From Haliotis rufescens (taxonomy: Eukaryota), in the NCBI RefSeq assembly GCF_023055435.1, contig NW_025963813.1:35216001-35280000 (forward strand): 64,000 nucleotides of DNA, in the 5' to 3' direction. Position numbers and translations under genes: made by a program. The notes beneath the pieces were generated by a model. The model ran no database searches. It had not been told where the DNA came from and saw only the letters and a program-made list of their open reading frames with translations. Below are positions 40,256 through 52,830 of this stretch, piece after piece. Within the stretch, counting starts at the first letter, position 1, and each line of letters starts with the position of its first letter.

Positions 40256-40889
40256 GAGTGATAACATTTTACATCAGTTCCACATTTCTTTCCAAAACGA
40301 TTTGAAGGCCGCACAGAACAACCTTGTCTGCATTTATACATACCTTATTATACATTATAAGGTGAAGTATATTATAATGATAAGAAACATATACAAACAT
40401 TACAATAATGAAGTATCCTCCACTGTTAATCCTCTACTGTTAATCCTCCACTTGCTATATATATTCTGCACTATGTCCCTCATTCAGTCTTGCTTGACAA
40501 CGGTATAAGGATCTATACCGAAACGTCGCTTTTTACAGTATTAAAGAAGTTGTTATCCACAAAATTGTGTCTATCTTGTCATACGATAGTCCATTGTACG
40601 ATTCCAACGAAATTTTACTGTGGCCTTTCTTGTAACCTTTATCAACCAACTTTTGTGAGCCAGAGCCGTATGTCACTCAAAAAAACGGATGTTCGACTGT
40701 ACCTCACAAGTTGTGAAATGTAGACAAACTTAAGACTGGTGCTGCAGTAATATTTCTCGACATGAAGGAAAGTTGACGATTGCAAAGTAGAAGTCATCAC
40801 ACTAAGGGTCTTGTTTGACACAGAAGATGCGGTTTTACCTTTCTCATTTATCTGTATTTGGAAGGGACTTGGCTATTTGATCATTATTC

Positions 40890-41140
40890 GTTTGGTTTGG
40901 TGTGTTGTTTTACACCGCACTCAGCAATATTCCAGCTATATGACGGCGGTCTGTAAAAAATCGAATCTAGACCAGTGATTTACATCATGAACATCGATCG
41001 ACACAATTGGGATCGATGACATGCATCTACCCAGGCAGCACCCACCCGATCCCGTTAGTCGCCTTTTACGACAAGCATAGTCGCCTTTTAAGGCAAGCAT
41101 GGGTTGCTGAAGACCTATTCTACGCCGGATCTTCACGGGT
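40890..41140 (-). mobile_element. SINE-like family R1
   Basis: Near full-length reverse-complement copy ending GATCTTCACGGG. Confidence 0.8.
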
Positions 41141-41998
41141 CTTGATCATTATCGAACAATATCTGATCAACTATACACATGAAGATTAAGGTAAAGGTCA
41201 ACGTTGTTGCCAACGTGTCCTAAAACTCAAACACATGGATGTTATCTATGTAGTTTGCACACTCAAAGGCAAGTCAGTTGTTCACCCAAAATAAAAATTA
41301 GATTTGTTTGTTTGTTTGTTGTTTAACGCCGCATTCAGCAATATCCCAGATATATGACGGCGGTCTGTAAATAATCGAATCTGGACCAGACAACCAAGTT
41401 ATTGACATCATGAGCATCGATCCACGCAATTTAGATCGATGACATGCACATATGTACAAGAAGCAGGAATTGACGTCCTATTGGGACTAGTCAAACGTTG
41501 TGGACCGGGATATTTCAATCTTATTTGTTGGATGAGTTCTTTATATAGTCAAAACATGAGCCTCTGCAAACTTTGAGTAGCAGATATATTAATGAAACAT
41601 AAAGTGATTTTCGAACGATTTTCGATTTCAGAAATTTCACCGATAACATTCCGTGCCATTGTTAAATGCAAACCTTTGGGCTCAGCGTGTGTGCATCATT
41701 GAATGAAAGAAATTCCCAATAGTGTACAATTCTAGAATGTATACCAATGACATATTTGTATTGCAAGTGTCGTTAAAGTATTGGCCGGAATGATATACCT
41801 TAAACATTACAGGATGCTCTGGGAAAAGTCTAGATCAGTCAATAATTAATTACTCACGGTAACCATGGCTATCCTTTGATAAAAGACTTCGTCATTAAGT
41901 CATGCTTATGTTAACTAACACATTTTAATTTATTATGCGCGTACGAAATGAAGATTATACCATAAGAGCATGATTCATATTGACACAAGTACATCTCC

Positions 41999-44900
41999 TT
42001 AGCACCACCCGGGGCTCCAAACGCCTCCAAACTTTTGGGGGTCAGATGCAGGATCCGGATCGGGGAAATTGGCTGGCACCATGGTCTTCTTGTACTCCTC
42101 AAACCGGGCATGCAACTTCGCCACCATGTCTGGCATCTGCTGTGCAAGGTCATTGTGCTCAGTCGGATCCTCTGAATGTGAAACGTAATATGTGTAAAAA
42201 CTTAGGGGAAGAGAGTTTTATAAGCATTGTTTTCATCGTGATGTTGCATACATTTTGGAGCATGAATCAAGTTTAGTAATGATGGGATGATGAGAACCTA
42301 AAAGACAAGTCTTGAAATGCATCAGAATGAGAGGGTTCTACTAAGCGTTGAATGTATACTATTATGGATCGATCAAAATTACTAGCCGAATCCAAACACA
42401 CAGTAAGTGACTTTGCAGTTTTGCAGCAGTACACATAGGTGCTGATACGTACTGTGTGCCCAACGCTAAGGAGGACTACTAAAGACAAATGACAAATACT
42501 CAGATTTATATGTTAATTCATAGCGCACCTCGAATGTTGAAGAGATGGACTGGAGAATCTCCTTTGACATAAACTGTCTGTTCATATTGTTCATACTGGG
42601 TTGTGTTCATGGGTCTGTGCCAGCCATCAGGAGCCCCAGCGTATCCCATGATGAGCTTGTAGTCTCCTACTCTGATACATAATAATGCAAATAGGTATTT
42701 CATTGCTTTTAAGATCACGACTGTATACAGTGCAGTGGCGTGTGATATGGTACTTGAAATAGTTCATTGATTAGGTATGTAAATATGCAAATCGGGGTAC
42801 ACCATGCAGGTAACTCAGTCAAGCTGTTGCATTTAAACTTATTTGATGACAAGACGTCCTAAAATACCTTATTCCAGCATGGCCTTCGACAGGAATTTCA
42901 GTGTAGTCAATGTTGTAGATGAACTCTGTCCTTGATGAAGGGAGCCCGTTTCGAATAGAATCCCAGTGACTCATTCCATCAATGGTAGTTTCTGTGCCCC
43001 ATATGCAACGAAAGGTGTAAAACCGTTGTGTTGTACCTTGCCGATGTTTTTTTTGTTATTTTCTGAACATTTTATCAATCTAATGGCACATTCAAAATCA
43101 TGTCACCAATTCTTTCAAGATACAAAATAATCTTTCATTATTGCAATTGAGACACAATTCGGTAAAGTATAAATGAGAATCTCCTTACCCGGTGTTCCCC
43201 CGGCAGCAGATACTAAAGTGGGCTTCCAGTCGACAGCGTGGATCATCCTGTTTAGAGATAGAAGCCATTAACATATGAAAATATACCACCAGCTAAAAAT
43301 CCGCCAAACATTGTCAACAACATTTCAATTAGTTTCAGTTGATGTACTTAACAATCAATGATTGGTTTTGTTTAACGCCGCACTCAGCAATATTCCAGAT
43401 ATATGACGGCGGTCTGTAAATAATCCAGTCTGGACCAGACAATCCAGTGATTGACATCATGAGCATCGATCCACTCAATTGTAATCGATGACATGCATGA
43501 AACAAGTCAGCAAGTCTGACCACCCGATCTCGTTAGTCGCCTCTTACAAGCATAGTCGCCTTGTACGACAAGTATGGGTTGCTGAAGACTTATTCTACCC
43601 CGGATATTCATGGGTCGGGTGTATAAAGACTTTATTGAAGGTGTATTTTGAACAAACACCAATGGAATAAAATTAGTATAGTGAGGACAGTTGTTTACCA
43701 AAATGTACGTGGTCTTTTACTGAATAACCATGTTCTGCCGTAATTATTTCCAGGATAATCTTTTGGATTTTAGGGATTATCACTAAGGTACTTAACATTG
43801 AGTTTTGTCTTATTGTATTTTATGGCGTTACCCATTGTATGTAGTCCTTGTCTTCTGGAGCCCAGCACCATACATGAAGGATGTCCCTCTCGTACCACCC
43901 TCCCAGATCGAGTGCTTCCCTCCTCTCAGGGGCCAGTTGTTGGCACAAGCTTCGAGAGCGCCGCCATTCTGAATGATCAATGTTTTATTCGAAGAGAGAA
44001 TGACACGATTAGCAGTTGGATTCTTCACGAATACCGTTGAAATGGCAATCGTTTGATGTTCCAAATGTATAACACACAACGGTTTGGTGGTTTGTGTGTT
44101 TCTTTTTAGACACGCAATTGCACTTTCTGTCGTTCAGGATTCATGATCACAAGAAATAGAAATAATCTATTTTTTCTTTCCTCAACTGCAGAATGACAAG
44201 CCATACTTTTGTTGGTTTTAGGCAAGGTATATTTAATCATCAAAAAACGGAGGTCAAGGCTGATAAGTCAAAATTAATGAAGCTGTTCACAGAGTTCAAG
44301 ATACGAGAAGCATTCTGTACAAAATGTACAGAAAACCTCTGTACAAAACTTCTCCCAATGGTAATACTGCAACTACTTACATCGGTGGTGAATAGAATCA
44401 GAGTATTTTCAAACAAGCCCCGATCCTTCAGGGCCTGGGTAACATTACCCACTGCCTCATCCAGGGCAGACACCATTCCTGTTGGGAATGAAAATACTGG
44501 ATCGGTGCTTTGAACAGTATTTCCGGGGTCTCATGTGACGGTTATGCTGATCAACTTAATAAAAGTAAATAACAATTGATTGGAACTATGATCATAATAT
44601 TTTCTTAGAAATACTTTGTGAGGATTTCAGAGACAAGTGTTTGAATAAAATATGAAATACGGACATAAACTTCCATACCACTCATCGTCCTTCGCCCTTT
44701 GTTAATCACATTCGGGTACATATCCTCATACTTCTCAGGAACCTGTGATGTAAACAAGTAGAGGTACACATATTGACAACAAGTACATGGTAATTGCATT
44801 GTAATTAAATATAACCTCACCTAAAGAAACACCACCACCGACCTAAATTTTTTTGAAATGGTAACCCATTCATCGATTGAAAATATATAAGTCTTAGCAA

Positions 44901-46953
44901 CAATGTCTTTCGAAAAAAGTGAAGCTGACGTGCATGTTAAGACAACTGGCATCATGCGCGCTCAACCTACAAGAGTGATTATGGTTTTACGCCGTTTTTA
45001 AAAATATTCCAGCACTATTACGGCGGAGAACACCAAAAATGGACCTCACACATTGTACCCATGTCGGGAATCGAACTCGGGTCTTCCGCGTGACGGGAGA
45101 ACGCTTTAACCACTAGGTTACCCGACCGCCCCTCAACCTACAAGAAAGCCTGGTGGCATTAAACGGGAACACGTTCTCAATACAGAGAATTTCGTTACCT
45201 GAAGAGGACCATGTACGTTCTGATAAGGGAGGTACATAAACAACGGCTGTGAAACATTGTGTCGATGAATGATGTCAACGGCTCTCTGAGCGAATGTGAA
45301 CTGAAATGGTAATAGAAGTGAATATAATGTTCAGGCAAATAAATGATTCACCGAGGATGTAGATATGTTACAAAAAGTAAGTATTTTAAGAATATAATTG
45401 CGATGGATATGAAGATTGTCAACTCAAGTTTGTCTTTTCCCTTGCATACTTACAGCAGAATATTCTCCCGAATAGTTTCTTGCGGGAAGCTGATTGTCCG
45501 TGTAGTCTAAATACTTTCCTGGTGAAATATGAATTATACTTAGACCATAATACATCTTACATCATATTCTTACATCTACTAACAATGAATAGGTGAAACG
45601 TTTATTCACGAAATGACGTCTAAAACAAGCTTCCATAAAACCCCACAAGTTTTAATGATACGCACCAACAGTGTGATTGAAGTAGTCTTCACCTGCGTTA
45701 TAATAGCCAAAGAAAGTATCGAATCCTCGGTACGTCGGTGTGCACTCCCACTTGCAGAAACCCAGATGCCATCTGGAGTCACAAAATGCTTGTATCGTTT
45801 AAAATGCAACTCATAAGTAATCATATATACTACCGACAAAAACAAAGGGATCTGATGCTTTGAACATAGCTATCGTTTAGGTGTACATTTACAATACTGA
45901 ACGCAACATCATCAATCTAATCATAAATAAATTTCACATCATATATGAACAGTACGTGTCCCAGGAGCACACATAAGACAAAGTGTGTGCGCCTGTAGGT
46001 GAATTCATAATCACTTATGGAATATTGCTAGGTACACGCCTAGAATGCCACAATTAACAGATGAAATGACGTCAATATTCCAAGTTGCCCAAATGTTTGT
46101 TCAAATCGAAATGTTTCTATTCCCGTCTGTGGGACAAGTGCCATCAAACAGGTCGGGTTGCAATGAGACATGGTCGTGGGAGACGTAACAACGACAACTA
46201 GACAAGATCGTCTCATTACATCAATTTTGCAATAGATACAAATCTGCTCCTGGTAGCAATATAGAATTTCGTACAATAACAGGGAAGCGAATTTCAACTT
46301 CTACCTTTAATAAACGGAAAGGAACTAACTTCAAGGCATTCTGTGAAGTGTGTGGATCTTACAGCTTATCATAGGCGGGAAAGATTGAGATGGGCTAGGT
46401 AACTCTAGGGACGGCGTTACGCCGTTTGCATACGATTAAATGTTTTGCTTCCCTTTCACAGATGGCAGACTTACTGGCAGAAAGTATTGAACTGCACGAT
46501 AACAATGCCACATCATGCCGAGGTCGTTACCGATTACTTTCAAGGAGATGGCATATGGACATTGGACTGGTCCGCCAGTACGCCTCCTACCCGGCACCCG
46601 GCACCCGCCAGCGTCACTCAGCCTGAGAAACACCTGATATTGATCTACTCGTCCGAAATTAATTTAACAGACATGTATCGTCATTACGCCTTCACTATGA
46701 TTTCATTAGATACTTCATTTCTCTGGAGACCGGAAGGTCCGCGGTTCGATCCCCAGCCGCGTCATACGAAAAAACGTCAAAAGATGGTCCTTGTTGTTAC
46801 CCTGTCTGGCGCTCGGCATTAAGGGCTAAAACAAGGACTGGTCGGCTCGGAGTCAGTGTACTGTGTCTGAGTGGGGTATTCATGTTAAACTGCGGCATGG
46901 TATCTCAGTGTGCTAGCACTATAAATCGGCATCAGTTCGGACTAGTACAAGCA

Positions 46954-47002
<49 letters not shown>

Positions 47003-49351
47003 ATGCACGTCGCTATATAAGTGCAATAATCTTGGACGCGAGGTTGAGCCCCATTTGACCTCACCTCACCTTCATTACCATCTACAAATGTATCTAAGAA
47101 TGATGTTTCTTCCCAGAAGACACATGTCTCAAGTTGTCATCTGAAGGTTTAATGATTGTGTGTCGTGCAGTATGTTTTCATTTATTCCAGGTTATGAATG
47201 CTTAACTTCAATGTTACATAGTACCTACTTTCCGATCATGTGCGTAGTGTATCCGAGATTCTTCAGTTCCTGGGGCAGGAAGGTATAGTTGAGGGGTACA
47301 CATGCTGCTTGGCTAGCTCCCAAAACCCTGTGCTAAATATGATGTTCTCTTCGTAAAAATCATATACGCTCACAGGTGAGGGGACACGGGTGGCCCAGTC
47401 GTCTAAGGCGCCACGATTCGCTGTGCAGAGTTGTGTCGCTTGGACACGCCACAAACCTATGATTGTGGGTTCGAATCCCGGTTCGCCCCGATTATGTTTC
47501 TAGGTTTGTCAGCACCATACCCGTGCTCGTGGGTTTCACCGCAGTGGTCAACGTCTGAGACCTGCATCACTTCGAGCGTTCCTCCCACATTAAGCTGACA
47601 TGCCATGATATAACTGTAATACTGTTAAAAGCGACGTTAAACCAAACTCACTCACTCACTCACGGGTGATATGAAATGAAAATCATTTTGATCAGAAATG
47701 TGAATCATGAAAAGCTATTAGAAGTGGCTACCTTTTAAAAGAGCAAACAATTAAATCTGACGATAGGTCTTGAAAGATAGTTTATTCTAAAACAGGACCA
47801 ATCAAACAATGAGTGAAGGGATTTACCCTCAAGGAGCGGCAGAGTATCACTCAATACAACTTGTATTTTTTCAGGGATTTCCCACTTGTATCATGGGTGA
47901 CTATGCTTGTCGCAAAAAAGGCGACTAACGGGATCGGGTGGTCAGGTTCGCTGACTTGGTTGATACATGTCATCGATCCCAATTGCATGGATCGATGCTC
48001 ATGATATTAATCACTGGATTGTCTGGTCCAGACTCGATTATTTACAGACCGTCGTCATATAGCTGGAATATTGCTGAGTGCGACGCAAAGCAACAAACCA
48101 AACCAACCAAACCAAAACTTGTATCATGATTTATATTGTGTATGTACGTCCTAATATGCCAGTATGACGAATAGTATAATATAACCAAGCAGTTGATAGA
48201 TAGCTGCTCTGACCATGTTGAGAAAACAACGACATACTTACCTGCATTCCTACGTGGAATGGAAACATTCCACTCATAAAGGCGGTTCGGGATCTGAAAC
48301 AATGATTGAATACTTCAATGATATTGTTATTACATAGGCAGTTCGGCAATATAGCTCCAACCCAAACCAGTTCAGGTCTTAGAAAGGCATTTAGAAGTCA
48401 TACACACGAGGAAGAGAATATATGGATGTCAACATCTTTACTATGAGAAACAGAACGTTTTGGAGTATATGCTTACTCCTTCATCAGTGAGTGAGTGAGT
48501 GAGTTGGGTTTAACGCCGCTTTTAACAGTATTCCAGTTATATCACGGCGTGTCAGCTTAATGTGGGAGGAAAGCCCGAAGTGATGCAGGTCTCAGACGTT
48601 AACCACTTCGGTGAAACCCACGAGCACGGGTATGGTGCTGACAAACCTAGAAACATAATCGGGGCGAACCGGGATTCGAACCCACAATCATAGGTTTGTG
48701 GCGTGCCCAAGGGACGCAACTCTGCACAGCGAATCGCGGCGCCTTAGACGACTGGGCCACCCGTGCCCGCTGCTCCTTCATCAGGCGAAGTTCATTCTTC
48801 AAATTCACCCACTGCTGTTTTTTGCTTTTGTTTATGGCTTTTTGAAAACGTACGTGTATTTTTTATTTTTTATTTGATTAGGCAATTAGAAATTGAAGGA
48901 TAAAACAAGTAACATGTATATGTCTTTTCTTACGTCTCTAATGTTTTCTAAAAATCAAGATGAAAGAATATAAGAACACTTTACGGGCTGCACAGAGGCT
49001 GGACATATGCATTTTCGAAGATGATTCCTTCTGTTGCCAGTTTGTCGATGTTTGGGGTCATCATGTCGGGATTCCGGAAACCAACATCATTCCAACCTGT
49101 ATGAACACAGAGTTCCCTGAATACTCGGTTATGAAGACAACACCACCGTGTTAACATCTCTACTTTGAAATGAGACACATTTTGATTGACCCATTTCAAT
49201 ACGTATTTCACATTAATTTAATGTCTTATTGTCTTTACTACCTATACTCGCCTAAGTCATCTGCCACAATAAAGATGATGTTTGGACGCTGGGCTGATGA
49301 CAATGGTAGGAAAACCAGGAACAGAGCAAGGTGCTGTCGAACGTCCATCAT
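41999..49351 (-). CDS. Arylsulfatase B-like sulfatase, paralog E (14 exons, 479 aa, intact; A-type)
   Basis: Exons 49252-49351 (GC donor), 48985-49096, 48242-48293, 47229-47332, 45666-45772, 45454-45518, 45199-45300, 44679-44742, 44381-44478, 43832-43968, 43189-43247, 42868-42991, 42529-42671, 41999-42171. [22 protein letters not shown]; ends WSPGWC*. Confidence 0.92.
43361..43615 (-). mobile_element. SINE-like family R1 in gene E intron 10
   Basis: Near full-length reverse-complement copy. Confidence 0.8.
44975..45131 (-). mobile_element. tRNA(Asp)-like SINE family T1 in gene E intron 7
   Basis: TSD CTCAACCTACAAGA at 44961-44974 and 45132-45145. Confidence 0.85.
46000..46620 (+). mobile_element. 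Degraded Tc1-like remnant in gene E intron 4
   Basis: MPQLTDE..., [32 protein letters not shown] fragments. Confidence 0.6.
46725..47070 (+). mobile_element. tRNA-derived SINE (Meta-domain-like) with internal (CA)n
   Basis: B-box GGTTCGATCCC then GTCATAC...GCATTAAGGG...GACTGGTCGGCTCGGAGTCAG...GTGTCTGAGTGGGG; (CA)n 46955-46998; related decayed copy ~39050-39235. Confidence 0.6.
47380..47660 (+). mobile_element. tRNA-derived SINE family T2 in gene E intron 3
   Basis: A-box GTGGCCCAGTCG, B-box GGTTCGAATCCC, (CACT)n tail; imperfect TSD CTCAC(A/G)GGTGA. Confidence 0.85.
47896..48115 (+). mobile_element. SINE-like family R1, 5'-truncated, gene E intron 3
   Basis: Match to 4260-4499. Confidence 0.8.
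48488..48772 (-). mobile_element. tRNA-derived SINE family T2 in gene E intron 2
   Basis: Reverse complement of 47380-47660; TSD CTCCTTCATCAG at 48476-48487 and 48773-48784. Confidence 0.88.
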
Positions 49352-50404
49352 GCTTGATTGTTCAGCCGAAATATGACTTGGCTCCTATCTGCCAATATAT
49401 AGACCTTTCAGTGTCACAGACTAGACTGATAAGCATATCCATATCTCAACATTGACCTACATGCTCTGGTATTTGAGGCAATCACTTTTGTTCAAGCTTA
49501 AAACTAAGGTAGGAACGATTTAAGACATTTAATGAGATTTAGGAAATGTAACAATCGCATAATTTCATGCACAAATCTGTATGTAACAGTTTTCAACATC
49601 AGTGTCCTGGCTAAGGAGCTACAGGATTATCACAACGACTGTGCGATACATTCCTCTCAGATAACGCAAATATGCAACAACGACTGTGATATAAAGTCAT
49701 GTCAGGTATCTATTCAAACTTAGAATCAGCACAGGGACAGAACAGACAGGAGGGTATAATGCTGCCTGAAGGATGCTACTACAAATAAAGAGAGTTTTTG
49801 GTAATCTAGTGAGTGAAAAGGTGTATGCAGTGTTATAAATTAAGGAGGGTCCGTGAGCAATATTAGTATATTATTCAAATTCAGGGACCTCCCTTGTTGC
49901 TAACATTGTGCATAAGGTTTATGAGCCTTTGTCTTTAATTATAGCCTACATTTCGGTTACTGGGCCTCCAACCTGGAATACGCAAGCAACTCACAATCTA
50001 TGGAACATGCTTGCAAAATAAAGGCTCCGTGAACAGCCTACTTAACGTTGGGGTTGTGAAGACATAAACCCTTCTGGACAAACGTGAGGCTCAACAAACA
50101 AAATGAATATTAAGTAGCACACAACTCTGTTGCTCAATATGAAAGTTATTTTGCCCTCCTGCATAGACTAACTCACGTGTTGCTTTACGCCTATAGCTAA
50201 GGTCTTGGACGTTACGACTTGCATTTGTCATTTAAACATAATGTCCGCTGGATGTTGGTTTAAGTCACGATAGGATCATACACATGTTGGTGCATTTCAT
50301 CACCTTGCAACACCTATTCTTTTCTAGGAAATACACTAAACTCTCTCTCGTACTGCAATCAGCGTTACATAGTTTGTAAAGCATCACTGTTGTAACTTTG
50401 AGTT

Positions 50405-50560
50405 GGGGCGTTTAGTGGTTAAAGCGTTCGCTCGTCACGCCAAAGACCCGGGTTCGATTCCCGACATGGGTACAATGTGTGAAGCCAATTTCTGGTGTCC
50501 CCCGCCGTGATATTGCTGGAATATTGCTAAAAGCGGCGTAAAACCTCACTCACTCACTCA
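50405..50560 (+). mobile_element. tRNA(Asp)-like SINE family T1
   Basis: Match to 34091-34252 with (CACT)n tail. Confidence 0.85.
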
Positions 50561-50687
50561 TTATACATGGTGTGACATGCCGTTTACAGTTCAAAGTCAG
50601 TATGACCCTGATATTCAAAGAATGAAATGCGATGTTAATATTGTGTACAGATCATGAAAGAGAGAGAAGGGGGGTGAGAGAGAGATG

Positions 50688-50691
<4 letters not shown>

Positions 50692-50738
<47 letters not shown>
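50692..50738. repeat. (GA)n microsatellite
   Basis: Direct reading. Confidence 0.9.
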
Positions 50739-50740
<2 letters not shown>

Positions 50741-51189
50741 TGTGTCTTGGCATAGATTAAACGCTGGAGAAATCTGAGGACTTCACACTGGCTGTCTATC
50801 CCATATCTCTTTGAGCCGCAATATTTGAGGCGTTTCGGCTCAAACCAAGAAAGAACTGACATCCTCTATTTTGTATTATATGTAAATGACTTTGTCCATA
50901 CATACCCCAACTGGCACTGTCATGCATGGTTATGGGTTGGACCATTGATTCATACAGGTTTGTAAATACATCATGGGTGAAGCCATCTGCATCTAGATAC
51001 TACAGTGCACCTCGCGCGCCCTTGGCCGATTTGCCTGCCTTATGTGTTGCAACTGCAAAATCTAATTGTTCCTTATGCCACAACCCAATATATTTATAGT
51101 TATTTTAGTAGTCAATATTCTCCTCGCCTATGGTGAAATTGTATTGAGAACGCAGCACAATTGTCTGTCTTAATTGTAAAACATTTAGT

Positions 51190-52400
51190 AATATACTGAA
51201 CCTCAAATAAAACGTCACCCCAAGTAACATTGCATGAACAGTTGTCATTTAAATATCTAGGTACGTTTTGTCAAAGTTTCTAAAAATTAACATTACCTTG
51301 TCCGGAAAAATTAAGTTTGATGATAAAAAACCCAAAGCAGATGACAATAAAACCGCATCACGGCAACGGCCATGAAATTGAAATGCACATGCGTTCCCCA
51401 ATTCATGCCCTATCGGATCCACCCAGATCAGATAACATACATTTGTTATTGAATTGCTACCACATGCCAAGATTGACAAGAAATCAGCGACACCAAGCGC
51501 TTGGACGATTGCAGGCTGAACAAACCGCCCGGCAAGTAGCCAATGCATTTCACGTCCACGTAAGGACCATATACAGGCTCCAGCAACAGTTCCAGACCAC
51601 CAACACTACAGATGACCGACCACGTAGTGGAAGACCAAGGGTCACCACCCGACGTCAGGATCGTCAGATCATGCGACAGCATCTTCAAGATCGCTTTGTT
51701 ACTGGTGCGAAAACTGCTCGACAGACCACGGGAACACCAGCGACACATTAGTGCGGACACCGTGCGTCGATACCTCCACTGTCACAGGCCACACCGAGGA
51801 CCCATTCTGTCAAAACGTCATCGCCGGGACCGTCTTCAGTGGGCAACACAGCACCAGCATTCGCGCCATCAGCAGTGGAGAAGAGACCTCTTCTCAGACG
51901 AGAGCCGTTACTGTATCTCAACAGCAGATGGCATAGAGAGTCTGGAGTGGGGAACGTTATTCGGTACATTGATCAAGTCTTGAGACCACACGCCATACCT
52001 CATTTGGCACGTCGCCGCAACCACACGAAATTCAGCATGATGACGCCCGTGCCCGCACTGCGAGAGCAACAAGAGACTACCCCTTGCAGAATGCCATCAG
52101 AACCATGCAGTGAACTGCCCTCCGTCCCGATTTAAATCCCACTGAGCACCTGTGGGACGAGATTCAAATACGGCTGAATGACGTCCGACCTAGGCGAACA
52201 CAACAGCTGAACTGCGTCAGGCGTTCCCCAGAGTGTGGGCTCAAGTGCCTATGACCTTCATCAACCGCCTCATCCATTCCATGTATCGACGTTGCACGGC
52301 AGTCATCAATCCACATGGCGGACACACGAGATACTGACTTGTAAGGGTTCCTTTTAGTGGCGTTATGCTTATTATCTGTCACCTGTATGTTTCCTGTAAC
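51190..52400 (+). mobile_element. Tc1-like DNA transposon, near full-length but frameshifted
   Basis: From 51464 MPRLTRNQRHQALGRLQA...RPRSGRPRVTTRRQDR (HTH region), LFSDESR, QHDDARAH, PDLNPTEHLWDEI, GGHTRY*. Confidence 0.88.
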
Positions 52401-52581
52401 ATATGTTTATCTGGTTCCTTATGTATTATGTTAACACAGGTTTAATATGCATCGAATAGACTTGTGTTAGCTTCCAGTTCATTTTCAGTGTGGTATATAT
52501 TTCAATTATCTTTACCAATTAATGAGTCAGGGACAAATGGTCTCTGTTGATATGCATTTCAGTAGCTCCAACATTAACAGT

Positions 52582-52830
52582 GCGTGAGTGAGTTGGGTTT
52601 AACGCCGCTTTTAACAGTATTGCAGTTGTATCGCGGCGTGTCAGCTTTAAGTGGGAGGAAAGCCCGAAGTTATGCAGGTCTCAGACGTTTACCACTTCGG
52701 TGAAACCCACGAGCACGGGTATGGTGCTGGCAAACCTAGAAACATAATCGGGGCGAACCGGGATTCGAACCCACAATCATAGGTTTCTGGCGTGCCCAAG
52801 GGACGCAACTCTGCACAGCGACGACTGGGC
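52582..52830 (-). mobile_element. tRNA-derived SINE family T2
   Basis: Match to 48488-48772; partial copies also near 14785-14917(+), 8030-8110(-), 31195-31290(+). Confidence 0.8.

Noticed and set aside
53-49351. Horizontal transfer of sulfatases from marine bacteria
   Set aside because: The genes have 13 conserved spliceosomal introns and animal ARSB-like motifs; nothing here points to a bacterial origin.
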